NCBI GenBank assembly: GCA_951406725.2
Contig: OX597822.1
Location: 30,504,001-30,568,000 of the forward strand
From: Octopus vulgaris
Taxonomy: Eukaryota
DNA length: 64,000 nucleotides
Direction of reading: 5' to 3'
The translations under genes and the position numbers were made by a program. Each line of letters opens with the position of its first letter. Position 1 is the first letter of the stretch. Shown here in pieces: positions 13,590-28,631 of the stretch. The notes beneath the pieces are model-generated. The model worked only from the letters and a program-made list of their open reading frames with translations. It ran no database searches and was not told the origin of the DNA.

Positions 13590-14820
13590 CAGCGGTTGGA
13601 CAACATAATGGAAACAGCTTAAAACTTCAAACAAATTTATTTTAATATGGGGTAGGACAGCCTTTGGCAGAAATTACAGCTTGAATTCTATGAATTATGG
13701 AATCGTACAAAGTTTGAATTGTTTTCAAAGGGATTTTGTCCATTCTTCAGGTAAAACAGTCTCCAGTTCATGTAGTGATGATGGTGGAAGGCATCGACAC
13801 CTTGATTTTTTTTCTAAAATGTGCCGTAAATGTTGAATAATATTGAGATCTGGGGACAGTGGTGGCCAGATAAGATGTTGAACTTCACTAAAATGTTCCT
13901 CATGTCATTCAGTAACAATTTTAGTTGAGTGAATCGGTGCATTATCATCTTGAAAGATTGCGTTTCCCTCCAGAAAAAGTTCCGCAACCACAGGATGAAT
14001 TTGATCACATAAAATGCCTAAAGAGTCTTGAGTATTAATTCCGCCATGAAGGGAAACCATTGGTCTGGCAGATTTCCAAGATATAGCCTCTCAGATCATC
14101 ACAGATTCTCCTACATATTTAACTGTTGGAAGAAGGCAGTCTGGGTCAACTGATTCTTTTGATTGTAACCACACGTATACTCGGCCAGTGATCGGAAATA
14201 AGGTAAAGGATGACTCGTCCGAGAATACAGCATTCTTCCACTGTTCAAAGGCCCAATTCTGTAGGTTTTTACTCCACTCTAAACGCTTTGCAACGTTTGT
14301 TTTTGAAAGTAGTGCTTTTCTGATTGCAGCCCTCCCTTGAAATCCGGCTTTTTACAGCTCCCGGTGAACTGTTTTTTTTTAAAACTGGGTTCTCGAGGTG
14401 TTTATTAAGCTCTGCAGTAATTTTGGGAGCTGTAATTTTGTGATCCTTTCTAAGAATTCGCGTAAGAATCCGACGGTCCCTATCTGAAGGTTTTAGTTTT
14501 CTTCCAGAGTTTTGTTTCAAAGATGAGATTTTTCCCTCTTTCTCAAAGGCTGTCATTACTTTCGAGACAGTACTTCTTGATACACAAAACATTTTGGCTG
14601 TTTTCGTTACGCTAGCGCCCACCATACGAGCACCAACAATTTGACCTCTTTGAAATTCCGATAGATATGTTATTGTTATGAATTTTAATTGCCTTTTTCT
14701 GATGATATGTGAAAAGAAACAGCAATTTTAACAAAATATATTAAGCAACACTAATAATAAATAAAAAAAACATAGAAATGAACATGCTCTTGACGGTTTT
14801 ATAGATATTTCAAAATTAAG
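13590..14820 (-). mobile_element. Tc1-like transposon remnant
   Basis: LSEFQRGQIVGARMVGASVTKTAKMF HTH; FSDESSFTLF motif; ends in PTPY*; TA|CAGCGGTTGGACAA TIR on the left, right TIR not seen. Confidence 0.9.
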
Positions 14821-14876
14821 ATGCTCGATAGCCATATAGAGAAAATGTAGTATATCTAATGTAAGTCCATATCTAT

Positions 14877-15027
<151 letters not shown>

Positions 15028-15228
15028 TCTATTCATGTATCTATCTAAAGAAACAAATTTATACTAAGTATACTATAATACGAATACACCCTCAGCATTT
15101 CCGAAGTATTTGAATACACCGAGAGACAGTCTTCTTGGATTTCATTCGAGAAGTACTTACATAAACACACTGACTCAAATATACACATCATACACGTATA
15201 TTTGTGACTTAGTGTAAATGTATACGTT

Positions 15229-15270
<42 letters not shown>

Positions 15271-15369
15271 TGTGCATGCGTGTTGCGCTTGTGCGTGTGT
15301 TTCTCATCACTATGATTGTCCGCGGTATCTCAGGTATCATCTACCTTGTTGCTGTTGCTTGTTCCTTCA

Positions 15370-15653
15370 CGAGCCATGCCTGGCTCGTAAGAACCGGTTT
15401 CCTGGTTTCTTTGACGAATGGGTCTCCCACCTGGACGGTACGCCGGTCCGTCACAAGTGAGTTGCCAGATGCAGGAAGAAAGAGTGAGAGAAAGTTGTGG
15501 CGAAAGAGTAAGAAGTTCGCCATTACCTCCTGCCGGAACCGCGTGGACCTCAGGTGTTTCACTCATAAATACACACATCGCCCTGTCTGAGATTCGAACA
15601 CGCGATCCCTCGACCTCGTGTCCGCTGCTCTGACCACTAGGCCATGTGCCTCC
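15370..15653 (-). mobile_element. tRNA-derived SINE sharing the family C tail
   Basis: Minus strand head tggcctagtggtcagagcagcgg...gttcgaatctc. Confidence 0.7.
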
Positions 15654-17111
15654 ATATCATCTACTTTATTGTAGAGTAATATGGTTAATGAGTAAGGTAA
15701 CCATATGTACACAACTGCTCAGTAATTGTAATAATTGGTTTAATGTCAAAGTGAGGCCCTTTACAGAAATGTGAATGCGCTTGGGCATCGAAGAAACTGA
15801 AGCATAGAGGTTGTCAGAGCACGTCGATTTTAACATAATACCGAAGGCATTGCTAGTCGTTGCGTTACTTACGGACCTATGGCGATTTCAGTTTTCATTT
15901 TCAGGGTAATGTTAAATTATGATATACTCATTATTTGATATCATAATTCTCCAACTAACTTATGTGATCTCTTTCTACACGTAATAGCTATTTATAATGG
16001 TAATTTCTGGAATCCAGTGAAACTGGTGAAGGTCTTAATCAGTAATAATAGTTGTAACATCTAAGTGTTTAATTGATTTAAAAATGAAATTATCAAAGTT
16101 TTGGACCAAGTACCACTGATGAAAAGTGATTTATTACTGTATTTAATGGGAGGATGCACTTTTTTAATAAAAATAGTCTAAAAAGCTATCCCGGGTCCTA
16201 TATGCAAAGTTGGTTCTTTAATACTCTAAAAATGTTCACAGTCGTAATTAGAGTGCATCTTACTAGATGCCCGCGCGTTTTTATGCCATTAAATACGATA
16301 GTTCTCGATGCCAGTGAAAACACCGATAACGTTGAATAGTACAGCCAGAGAATGGATATGGAAGTCATACTATTGAATTCGAAAGCACCACACTCTGTTG
16401 AAGTATCTTAATTTGAAACGTCAAATGTAAGTCTTTCTCCCAGCAACGAAAATTAATGACTCATACAAGCTCGCATATCTAGTATCTATTTATATTGCTG
16501 TGAAGTGTGAGTGAAAAATGCGTGTTTTGGCCTTGAACATAGCCACAATATATGAATTGTTGGTGATTCTAGTCTCTTTCCAGCTTTCAGCTTATTCAAC
16601 ATGGCGTGGGAAGATAGAAATATTTTTCGTTATTGCTTTGTTAAAAGCGTCGAACTACACACCTGGCAGTGTTTGTTCCAACTTTACATTCTCAGTAACA
16701 GTCCTGTCGAGGTCAATTTTGTCTTTTATTTCTTCGGGTTCGATAAAATAAAGTACAGGTCAAGTACTTGGTGAAATTGCTTAAGCCTCTTTCCCTCAAA
16801 ATTGCTAGTCCCACCGCATACACGCACAAAAATAGAAACATAAATTGATGGCTCCTCAAAATTGCTGTCTCTTCACAATTGCTGGCGCCTCACAATTACT
16901 GGTCTTGTACCAACATCAGAAGCAATTATTGTGACTTTTGTTGTTAATTTACGAACTCTTGTGCTTAGAAATTTCCATTTCATATCCCATCTATAACCAC
17001 TTTAGACCCATCTTTAGTACTGCATGTTACTTCAGTCAGTTATACTCCCCACGTGCATATTTGTGACTTTCTGTCCATGTAAAAACTAGAAGAATCATTA
17101 GAACCTTGAAA

Positions 17112-17526
17112 GGCGGCGAGCTGGCAGAAACGTTAGCACGCCGGGCGAAATGCGTAGCCGTATTTCGTCTGTCGTTACGTTCTGAGTTCAAATTCCGCCG
17201 AGGTCGACTTTGCCTTTCATCCTTTCGGGGTCGATAAATTAAGTACCAGTTACGCACTGGGGTCGATGTAGTCGATTTAATACCTATGTCTGTCGTTGTT
17301 TGTCCCCTCTGTCTTTAGCCCCTTGTGGGTAATAAAGAAATAGGTATTTCTTCTGCCGTTACGTTCTGAGTTCAAATTCCGCCGAGGTCGACTTTGCCTT
17401 TCCTCCTTTCGGGGTCGATAAAGTTAGTACCAGTTACGCACTGGGGTCGATGTAATCGACTTAATCCCTTTGTCTGTCCTTTTTTGTCCCCTCTATGTTT
17501 AGCCCTTTGTGGGCAATAAAGAAATA
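17112..17526 (+). mobile_element. SINE family A dimer with target-site duplication
   Basis: agaatcattagaaccttgaa on both flanks (about 17091-17110 and 17527-17546). Confidence 0.9.
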
Positions 17527-18739
17527 AGAATCATTAGAACCTTGAATATAATATCTTGTCATATTTATTTCGATTCTTTACGTTCTGGGTTCAAATTTCT
17601 CTGTGAAGCGTTAACTTTACTTTCAGCATTCGGGCGTCGGGTCAATAATAATACAGCACCAGTTGACATGATATGATCAACTGTTCCTTCATCTTAACTA
17701 ATGTTATTAATAGAACCCTAATATTTTAAAATGATGTTGCTATTGCTTTCCTCATCAATTTTACTTAACTATATAATGGAATGTTTGCGTCTGCTCGACT
17801 CACAATTCTCGCTAAAATATATTTTTAATGAATACCAATTTAATTCGGTAGTTTCTCGTAGTTTAGAAATATGCCAGTATAGAAAAAGGATATTAATAAT
17901 GAGACGTGTCCTCTGTTTTACCCAATTAAGGCTTATTTAATCAGTGTAGCCGCCAGAGGAAGCTCCTTGCAATGGCTTCAATCAAACTGAATGACAATCC
18001 TCGCTGAGCACTCGGTTCAAGAAAGGATTAAATAAATATTAGTTTCATCTTGACTGATTCAACAGGTATCTATACTTTCTAGAAGAATATAGGTGAATTT
18101 TAAGATATATATCTGCTTTTCTAAATAATTAGTTCTCTGAAGAAAATCGGAATAGAAATACCAAAGAGCGTCCTTCTCAGCATTTAACAGAATATGGATA
18201 GATATTTCGGAGATGTGCTTTTCTGTCAAGGGATATGATCAGAGACCATTTGTTGAAACTATAACATTTATCATGTGGAAGACACATACTAACCATTCAA
18301 AACCACAAAAAGAACTTCACGTAATAGCTTCACCAGATAATAAATGTTTAATTGAAATTAACAGTTTTTTGTATGTTTCTGAATGACTAGTATGTCTTCC
18401 AAGTTGCATTTGAGTAAATATGGAATTCACAATTTCAAATTTGTGTGGAAGGACTTTAAGGGGGGTCATATTGTAGCGCAACGCACAGTATCGCCATAAG
18501 TCTCAAATTAATGCAACAACTAGCAATGCCTTCAGTATGATGTTAAAATCGACGTGCACCGACAATCTCTATGCTTCAGTTTCTTCGATGCCCAAGCGCA
18601 TTCACATTTCTATAAAGGACCTCACTTTGACATTAAAACGATTATTATATTGTATGGAAGGACTTTAAGGTGGTCATATGATACAATATGACCCCCCCAC
18701 CTTAAAATCCTATTGTACCATTTGTATATTGCACCGTTT

Positions 18740-18818
18740 ATTGTACCATTCGTCATATTGTACCATTCGTCATATTGTACCATTCGTCATATTGTACCAT
18801 TCGTCATATTGTACCATT
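18740..18818. repeat. 17-bp tandem repeat (tattgtaccattcgtca), about 4.5 copies
   Basis: Directly visible perfect units. Confidence 0.9.
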
Positions 18819-19764
18819 TATCCATCCATCGTCTTTGCCCTGTATTCCTGCCAAGATCGTTGAGGTAGAGTCCTCAGGTACTTCTTCAAAGTGTCCTATC
18901 AGAAGCATTCATCATTAAGATATCCGTCTGGATTCCAAGCGTGATCAACTAAGACTATGGATATTATTCAACCATATTATTTTTGATCTACCTCTTAATC
19001 TCCAATAAATGAATAACTAAATTTATAGCTAAAATAGTTTCGCAATATGGGACATATTCCTAGTGAAAGAAATAAAATGACTTAATGTTAATGTATTTTT
19101 TAAGGAGATTAATGGAAAAGTAAGTTATGTAAATGGCAAATTTTTCTCTCTCCCAAAACAACAGCATCTCTGTTTTGCCTTACTTTTTATCAATGCTTTA
19201 TTCATTTTCCCTATGATTAATTCACCCTTCCTTGCACTATTCTATTAAATTTTCTTTCTTTTGTATTCATTTTCTCTGTTCTGTATTTCTTTTTCTGTGC
19301 TCCATTAGGTTTTAATTTGTTTATGACCCGAATACTATATATATAAAGAGTGGGAAAATTGAGGCGTTGTAATATTAACAACTAGTCGAAGGTCTACTTA
19401 TTCTCAGAGCAATAAATAATCTATCTAGAACAGAAATTACTAAGCACCACCCAGCGAAGCAGCTTCTTCGTCGTCACTCGACCTGCTAGATATAGCAATC
19501 ACATTTTTGCAAAACACTTTGGTTTCTTTAAAAGGAAGAATACTTTAGATAAAGGAATATATCAGGGACAAGAGAAATAGAATTAGAAATTTAATTAGGA
19601 TTCAGAAACATGAATGGCGTGTGAAGTAAACTAACAGGTATATTTAAAGGTACGATGCAACTGACTGTAGAGTGTTTGACCTTAGAATTATTAGATTAGA
19701 ACTGAGTTGGGGCTTAATAACATCAATGACAACAATATCAATAGCATAAGATTGATTTGAAATT

Positions 19765-20121
19765 TGGGGGAGGGGATAAGTCGATTACATCGACGCCAAT
19801 ATTCAACTGGTCCATATTTTATGAACACCAAGAGGATGAAAGGCAAAGTATACGCCGGCAGAATTTGAACTTAGAATGTAAAGACGGACTACCTATTTCT
19901 TTAGTACCCTCAAGGGGCTAAAAATAGAGGGGACAAACAAAGACAGACAAAGGTATTAAGTCGATTACATCGACCCCAGTGCGTAACTGGTACTTAACTT
20001 ATCGACCCCGAAAGGATGAAAGGCAAAGTCGACCTCAGCGGAATTTGAACTCAGAACGTAGCAGTAGACGAAATACGGCTACGCATTTCGCCCGGCGTGC
20101 TAACGTTTCTGCCAGCTCGCC
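19765..20121 (-). mobile_element. SINE family A dimer
   Basis: Reverse complement of the family A head and body. Confidence 0.8.
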
Positions 20122-20283
20122 ACTTTACCACTGCATAACAGTGAGCTCTCAAATTATCTGCCACTAGCAGTATAACTCGGCTTTGTCCGGGATTAAGTTA
20201 GGATTATTAAGTTAATCAAGTTCTTTATTTCAAACCAAACTAAGAAACATCGACGTCAAATTTGGGCGAAATCCGTAGAAATT

Positions 20284-20322
<39 letters not shown>

Positions 20323-21006
20323 GAGCAAAACGCCCCCACCCCGTCCAATGGATGGTACTGAGTTGTTAAACATTTAAGCCAAATTTTCTCAAAACAACTT
20401 GTCCGACCGTCCTGTAGACCTCACCTTTGAGAAACACTGATTTAAACTAAATTTGAGGTACCAGCAAAAGAAGAAATAAAGATAGACTATTCTATTCCAA
20501 GAAAAACGATTTTACAAATGCACGTTCCCACGGCTTTATCGATCGCATTCTCACCTGGAATCGATTTTTGTAATTATTTCAAGACTTATACACGCCCTAA
20601 TACCGTCGGTGTCTACACATCAAATTTGTGCGCAATCAGCTGGAGGATGCCCGAGATCCTAGAACACACACACACACAGACAGAACGGATTTTATATAAT
20701 CGATATGGGCATACATGTTCGTGTGTATGTGTTTGTTTTCCTCGATGGAAAAAAAAAACCCAACAAAAGTCTTAACAAAAACTTACTCGTCGCTAGAAGG
20801 GGACTTAAGTCCAGTTTGCGAACAATTGTGATTTCTCCGACTTGAAAATTGTTAAAAGTTTTGGTTGAAAATTTATTTTTACTGCTCTTCGCTGGTGCCT
20901 CTGGTAAACATAAGTTGACGAAAATACAGCTAGGTTCATGACGAATGTCCTCCTAAAATTGGAGTGACATGCTTGCTAATTTGTGGACGTGCATAAATTA
21001 CATTCA

Positions 21007-21053
<47 letters not shown>

Positions 21054-22028
21054 ACACATCCTGCCTTTTATAGCCATGTAATCGAGACAGTCGATTACAT
21101 GGCTGGTGTGTAATTTTATTAACAACCGAGGAATAAAAGATAAAGTTGACACCGGGAGAAACTGAACTAAAAATATAAGGAGCAAATACTACAAGGCAGT
21201 TTGTCCGACGCTCTACTGATCATGTCAATTGTTCATTACGTCTGCTGGAAACGGATAACATAGAGTGACACAATTACAGTCGCATGTGTCACATTGCTGT
21301 CACTGTTTACAACGGCGAGAATGATTTGTTTACGTGACCTCATATAAATGGAATTATAAAAACGCATACAGGAGACAAGAGACTGTCAATACTCCTGCTC
21401 CTTGCGTGTCAGTTTTTTCAACTCAACTATCTTTAACATTTATAGTATGTGTAAGCTAGAAATTTGATATTATTTAAAATATTACTGAAAAACGCCAGGT
21501 TTATTTCAAAGAAAGGAGAAACAAGATTTGACGGTGTTTTTTCCATTCCTAGAGCATTTTACTCATATAGAATGCAAACATACTTAGATTTTAAAGAAGG
21601 GTGGTTCACTATACATTGAACTCGTATCACTTTTCACCATCCTGAATAAGACGACGTTAGTCTTGTTCAAGACAGTTGACATTGCCTGATAACCTAGTAC
21701 ATATTTCCTACAGCTTGGCGCAATTGATATCAATTGTTCTGCGTGGGAGAAAGCCGAAATATGTTTTAATTCACAATGTATTTCGGAATAGTCATTTTTT
21801 TTTGCCAAATAAACACACGCACTTTTTTCTTTACTCGTTTATTACTGTTCTTATTTCATTATTTTAACTCGTGTCCATTGTCCGGAAATCTTTCGTCACA
21901 CGTCTGTGACCTCTTCAATGACACTTTTCTTTTTCGTGTGCATTCTTGCTCCACTAACTCTATTCTGTCCTTCTAAGGTGTGTATCCTTATATGCACATG
22001 CGTTTCTGTACTTGTTTGTTTGTTTGTT

Positions 22029-22078
<50 letters not shown>

Positions 22079-23479
22079 TGTGTGTGTGTATCTTGGTATG
22101 CTTATGTGTGTGACATAGTTTTTAGCAGCGGCCCCATCCTCTCAGCCCATTGTGATGCTGCTGTACTAAGACCCGAAAATATGGTATAGTCCCTGTAATC
22201 TTCTGTGCATATGTGGTTGCTCAGTGTTGTCATCGTTGTAGATGCTGTTGTTATTGTCATCGTTGTCACCGCCGCTGCTGCTGTCGTTGTTAGTTCTGTT
22301 GTTGACATTGTTGTGGCCGTCTGTGAAATTTCTTGTGTGTGTGTTTGTATATGTGTATGGTTTCGCTTCGTATGTTGGGTTCGCTTCGTATACATGCCAA
22401 TTATATACATTTATTTATTTATTTATTTTTATCTATCTCTATATCTTATATTTATCCCAGTTATGAGAAAATATATTTATATATTTGTTTATTTATCTAG
22501 ATAATTATTCATTTATTTATCTATATATTTATCTCTATTTCTCATAAGCATCACAAGTAAGTGCATGTATATTATTTACGAATGTTTTCTTTGTTTTTCC
22601 TCTCTATTCTCATCCCTTCTGTCTTAATTATGTGGTGTGGTGTGATGGTGGGTGTTACTGTTCAATTCGAGTTTTCTATTGAGGCGCAGTCTGTCTACGG
22701 CTATGTGTGTAGCCTCTGTGATCTGTCCAAGTATCGTGTCAGTTCTATGTGTCGATAATAACTTAACCTCTATGCTACTAATCGAGCCTGCATGTTCTGC
22801 CTGAGCATGCTCTTAGAGCACTGGCGAGCTTTTCCCTTCTTTGATCTCTCACCAATGTTCACCTATACGCTCACCTATGCTGTGTGCAGTCTCTTCAATG
22901 CAAGAAGTTGTCATGTTTCTGCACTATCCCTCAGTACATCGATGTATTTATTTATTGAACCTATTACTATCGTATTCTACGTATGGAAGTTTATAACCAA
23001 ATCACTAAATTAAAAGCACCCAAAAAGCTAAAATGATTTGTACACCCTTCTAAATGTTACCAATCCTTCTGATGTTTCATGAACGGACTTATCGGTCGAT
23101 AGGCACTTCATTTCATTGATTTTCTCTCTTGGGAAGAATCTATGAAAAATGCAATATTTACAATTGGAGAAGGATGATGCAGGAAGTGAAATTTTTGCAG
23201 CGGTGAAGTTGAAATTAAGCAACGCTTAAATGTTCCTTTTCGACGCTTGAAAATGTTAAATTAATACACAAAATATCTAAAGTTGATATATATTCAGGCT
23301 GAACTGCAGAAGAAGAATTTTATATATAAAATGTAGAGCAAATATCAAGTGAAATATAAGCTTTGTTTCGTTGTAGGATATGAGTCAAACGTAGTGGTTT
23401 GTATCTCACACCAACGGGGAGTGTTAAAGGTTACAATGTAAGAAGACATTCCACAGAGAGAGAGAGAGAGGAGAAATTA

Positions 23480-23510
<31 letters not shown>

Positions 23511-24503
23511 GGGGGATGGAGAGAGAGAGAGGAGAGAGAGAAAAGCGAGAGACGAAATAAAACCAATGGAAATGTAGGACAGCAACAAAAAAGAAAGAAA
23601 AAATAAACCTCAGATACAAAATACTGCAAGGAAAGAATACACTACTTGAACAAAATATTTTAAACATATTAAGAGTAAAAAAATTATCTAAAGATATTCA
23701 AATTTAACTGACTGCTTGGAAGTATCTATCAGTAGGTTTGTTATCGTATTTACGCTGGTACATGATAATATTTGTTAATTTATCAGTTAAAATTATAAAT
23801 AAAATAACCCTAAACTGGACCGGGTTGGTCCATCTTATGTATTGGTAATTTTACCTGAGTTAAATGGACAAATGAGTTAACTGTATTGAAAATTAACTCT
23901 AATTTTTCTTTTAACTCTAATTTAAAAATTCATGGTTATGAAAGAATATCTCAGTTCGCAGTTGTAATTATACATAACAAATGTTGGTTTCAAATTTTGG
24001 CACAAATGCAGCAAGTTCGTGGGAGGAAACAAGTCAATTACGTCGATCCCAATGCTGTACCTATTTTATCGACCCGGAAGTGATGAAAGGCAAAGTTCTA
24101 TACGCTGAAATTTGAACTCGGAACGTAAAGATGGACGAAATGCTGCCAGGCATTTTGGCCGGAGTGATAACGATTCTGTCGGCTTGCTGTGTTCCATTCA
24201 TATATATATGTATGTATATCGGTGCGAATGGTTTTGTTATACGGTGCCGTGATTTACAATTCCATAAATAATTATAATGGTATTCATATAACATTAAAGC
24301 TTATGGCGATCACCGTGCAATGACTGTGTATACATATATATATACATATATATATACACATATATATATATATATATACATATATACATATATATATACA
24401 TATATATGTATACATATATATATATGCATATATATATATATATACACATATATATATATACATATATATATACATATATATATACATATATATACATATA
24501 TAT

Positions 24504-24548
<45 letters not shown>

Positions 24549-24586
24549 CATGCATATATATACATATATATACAGACACATACACA

Positions 24587-24637
<51 letters not shown>

Positions 24638-26524
24638 GTGATTTACGGAATGGAGTAGATTACATCCGCATTACATATGTTTGACAGCGACCGGAACCTC
24701 AAAAGTGGTAAATATACAAGCGAGGTGTACACCGTAGGCTATGTTTGATCCTATATATACATATCACAGATTTTAATACCCTGTTTAACATTTAGTGAAG
24801 TATAAAGAAAGAGCTGCATGGTTGTGTGATTCAAAAGCTAGCTTTCTAATCACGTAGCTTCGATTTCAGTGCCACCGCGCCGCAGGTGTCTTCTATTATA
24901 GCCCCCTGGTCGACCAATGTATTGTGAATGAGCTCGTTAGAAACTATGGAAGCACGTCTTATGTAGGTATGTAAGTGTATTTATGTTTGTCCTATGACAA
25001 CTGATGCTGAATGTTTTCGAAGCGATTCATCAAAGTACACCGATAGATTATAATCCAGACGTAAAAAACATAGAATCAAACTAAGAGCTTGTTAGATGTT
25101 TCGACAAATCCTTCAAAGTAGTGCTCCGACGAAAGGCACAGTTCAGTAAGATAGAAATAAGTAAGAGGTAACAGAATGGTACTTCTGTGTAGGGATCGTT
25201 TTTTCACAGGGACGCCTTTGTACTTGTACAGTCACAGATCGAGTACAATGCAATTGTAAAGACTGAACGAATTTGCCTAAATTCATAATCACTTCAATGA
25301 TTTGGATTTTTGGATTTCCTTTCACTTCCCATTAAGACATTTTGTAACATTACGCTAGAATGATTAATTCTGCAGGGGCTGATAACTTCAAGCAGCGTGT
25401 CAGTCATCAAATTTTATATAAATCTTAGCAATTTTTCTAACCGGACCTTCGATGGGGCAAACGTTTTCTTGCTCGGATACCTTTCAACTCCAACGCACGT
25501 TTCAAGATCACTCGAATGTCAATTCAAGGCAATCGTCTTTTAGCCCGATAAATCACAAGGAGACGTCATAAAATGTGGTGACAATTCTGATGAACATTAT
25601 ATCGTCTCTACCACACGATTGGAATTAGTTATGGAGACTAACCGACATCTCTACGAACAATATGGATATGTATTGCGTTGTTAAAGGCTTGGCTTCTGAA
25701 TCTTCACATTCGATAAAACTTGATCCTGCGTCAGTTTTCTCGCGTGGCTGAAGGCATCGGACCTATGATGACCAAAATATCGTGATCATGGTATCTCTAG
25801 AATTCGTGAAGAAGAGAATAGGAAAGCTTATCACGCGTATCTCAGAAATTATCAGCCTCTTCGTTGTCTTGAATATTCCTGTACTTGGAGCAACTCCCAT
25901 ACAATGGAGATTTATTGTGTATAAAGTAACATTCTCATTATTTGAGCCGATTTCTGCTGAATATAAAACAGGAAGCAAAGCATAAGTAATAATAACACGA
26001 GTTGGCAGAATCGTTAGCAACGCCAAGTATAAAAGCATAATAGCATTTTTTCAGGATCTCGGTTCACATTCCGCCGAGGTCGATTTTACTTTTCATCTTT
26101 TCGGGGTCGATAAAATATTTACCGTTGAAAGCTGAGATCGATGTCATCGACTTACTCCTCACCCGAAATTGCTGAACTTGAGCCAAAATTTAAACTAACA
26201 TGACCACACGCAGTTTTAGTCAGTTGAAACAAGGCTCAAATTCCACAAAATTCTGACTCAGAGTGTGTTATGTTAAGTTTAGATATTTCTGACAGGATGC
26301 AAGTCGTGCAAGTTATCTTTTAATCATTTTAACACTTGTGTTATCATATTTCAGTTTTAAAAAACCCTTTATTTGAGAAATATTATTTGAAATAAGAATT
26401 TAAGAAAGTAACCTTGTTAATGTCAAACTGGCTCTTGGAACTTAAATTAACACAAAAATTTATTGGAAGATTTTAATTGGATCACTTTAATTGGTTACTA
26501 AACGGTTAAATTACATGCAGCATA

Positions 26525-27160
26525 ACCAAGACGATATTTTGTCAGTTTTAGTTGTCTTAGTTATATCTACCGCGACCAAAACGACGTTTGATGTTGCATA
26601 ATTGACTTCTAACGCGATCCAAACAATTATGATCAGTGTTAATAATTTTTTACGTCAACGAAACCATGGTTACCATTTCGGGACGCTTTTAATGCTACCC
26701 AAACAAAAGTTTGTCAGTTTAGTCTGTTCCAGTCTTTATTTGTCAGTATTGGCTTCTTCTTTCTTGTCACATATCATTGTCATCAGGTTTAGACAATTCC
26801 AAGTGACGGAGTCAAATTATGATTAATTGAAACACTTCTTGGACTTCACGATGTAAACCATGATGATTAATTTTAATCCCTTCTAGAAGTATGAAAACCA
26901 CACTTGTTCTTTTGTCAAATTTCTTCCATCATAAGTTACGATGACCAGTTTAATCATTTTCACCATGACTCAAAACACAGAAGTCAGTTTTAATCACTTT
27001 TTACCCGACCCAAACCATTATGGTAAGTTTTGTGGTACTTTTATTACCATCCAAACCATGATGATCAACTTTATTCACTTCTAACACCATACAATCTATG
27101 ATGGTCAGTTTGCAACACCTTCGACACAACCTAGACTATGACGATTAATTTTAATTACTC
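26525..27160. repeat. Degenerate minisatellite, unit about 40 bp
   Basis: Recurrent aaaccatgatgatcagttttaatcactt-like units. Confidence 0.6.
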
Positions 27161-27572
27161 TATATAGGCGTAGGAGTGACTATCTAGTAAGTAGCTTGTT
27201 TAGCAACCACATGGTTCCGGGTTCAGTCCCACTATAGCCTCGAACCGACTAAAGCCTTGTGAGTGGACTTGGTAGACGTTGAAATAAAGGTATTTGGATA
27301 CGTACACAGGAACAGTAGACCACAAGGAATACACCATCTCAAATTCCAGGGACATGCATCTCAGCATCATCTACAACTCTCACAGTGGGTGGATAAGTTA
27401 ATAGTGATGAGAAACATATAACTGGCTATTGTTTTCTTTGATAATTCCATCGACCCAGGTGAATAATATTGTGATTGAAATTACAATATTATTCAACTTT
27501 GAACCTACACCCTCCCCCATATTTCTGGCCTTCTGCAAAACTTTGAACCTCTTCCTAAAGTATTTATATGCG

Positions 27573-27609
<37 letters not shown>

Positions 27610-27753
27610 CACACACACGGTATATATATATTCTTCCTTCTATTTTTCTTCTTCTTCTTCATCTTCTTCTTCTTCTTCTTCTTCTTCTTCTTCTTCTTCT
27701 TCTTCTTCTTCTTCTTCTTCTTCTTCTTCTTCTTCTTCTTCTTCTTCTTCTTC

Positions 27754-27784
<31 letters not shown>

Positions 27785-27786
<2 letters not shown>

Positions 27787-28179
27787 GCTGGCAGAATCGT
27801 TAGCACACTGGGCAAAATGCTGAGTGTTCTGAGTTCAAATTCCACCGAGGTCGACTCTGCCTTTCTTCTTTTTGGGGTCAATAAATTCAGTACCACTGAA
27901 ACACGGGGTTCGATATAATCGATTAGTTTCCTACCCCTAAAAAATTCAGGCCTTGTGCTTATAATAGAAAGGATTATTATTATTAAGGCAATGAGCAGGC
28001 AGAATCGCCAGCACACCGGGCAAAATACCGCAATGTTCTGAGTTCGAATTCCGCTGAGGTCAACTTTGCCTTTCATCCAATAGAGCCGATAAATTAAGAA
28101 CCAGGGAAACTCTGGGGTTGGTTCAGTCGACCTAACCGCCTCCCACCAAATTTCCGGCGTTGTGCTTATAGTAGAAAGG

Positions 28180-28180
<1 letters not shown>
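27785..28180 (+). mobile_element. Two older SINE family A copies within (ATT)n
   Basis: Degenerate heads and bodies with ggccttgtgcttata tails. Confidence 0.7.
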
Positions 28181-28224
<44 letters not shown>

Positions 28225-28631
28225 GAGTGAAGGGGCAGGGGTAAAATATACGAAGCCCAGTATACCCATCGTCTGATAAGGGTATAACAGACACATGCAT
28301 CACAACCATATGTTCGTGACATGGTGATCTCATATCAAGATAAGCAGCGCATGAGCTTTCGGGTAGGACCCAGCTGGAAGTTTCTGCAAGTCGTGTAGCC
28401 CATCCTGCTCAAAAGGTCTCCGAATAATGGTTGTTTTCGGTTGTTGTTTCTAAATGTGAATTATCCAAACCCCAAAGAATTCCTCTCAACACATGGCTAT
28501 GATACTCCCCCACTAATTCTGCTTGTGATCAGAGAGGCACATATCATCAGCCACTAAGGGACATGCTCAGTGGGTTATGGTCAAAGAACTGACAAGCAAA
28601 TCCGTGGTATTGTGCAGAATATTGTGCAGAA

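Noticed and set aside
15585-15653. Possible tRNA genes at SINE heads
   Set aside because: No complete cloverleaf; each continues into a SINE body.
16242-16425. Exon-like segment with an AAT|GTAAGT donor
   Set aside because: Stops in all three frames; it could only be a UTR exon, which cannot be supported from sequence alone.
18740-18818. CRISPR-like short repeats
   Set aside because: Contiguous tandem units with no spacers, in a eukaryotic context with no cas genes.
25150-25970. Complex, coding-looking sequence
   Set aside because: No sustained ORF or recognisable motif on either strand; possibly an old TE fragment.
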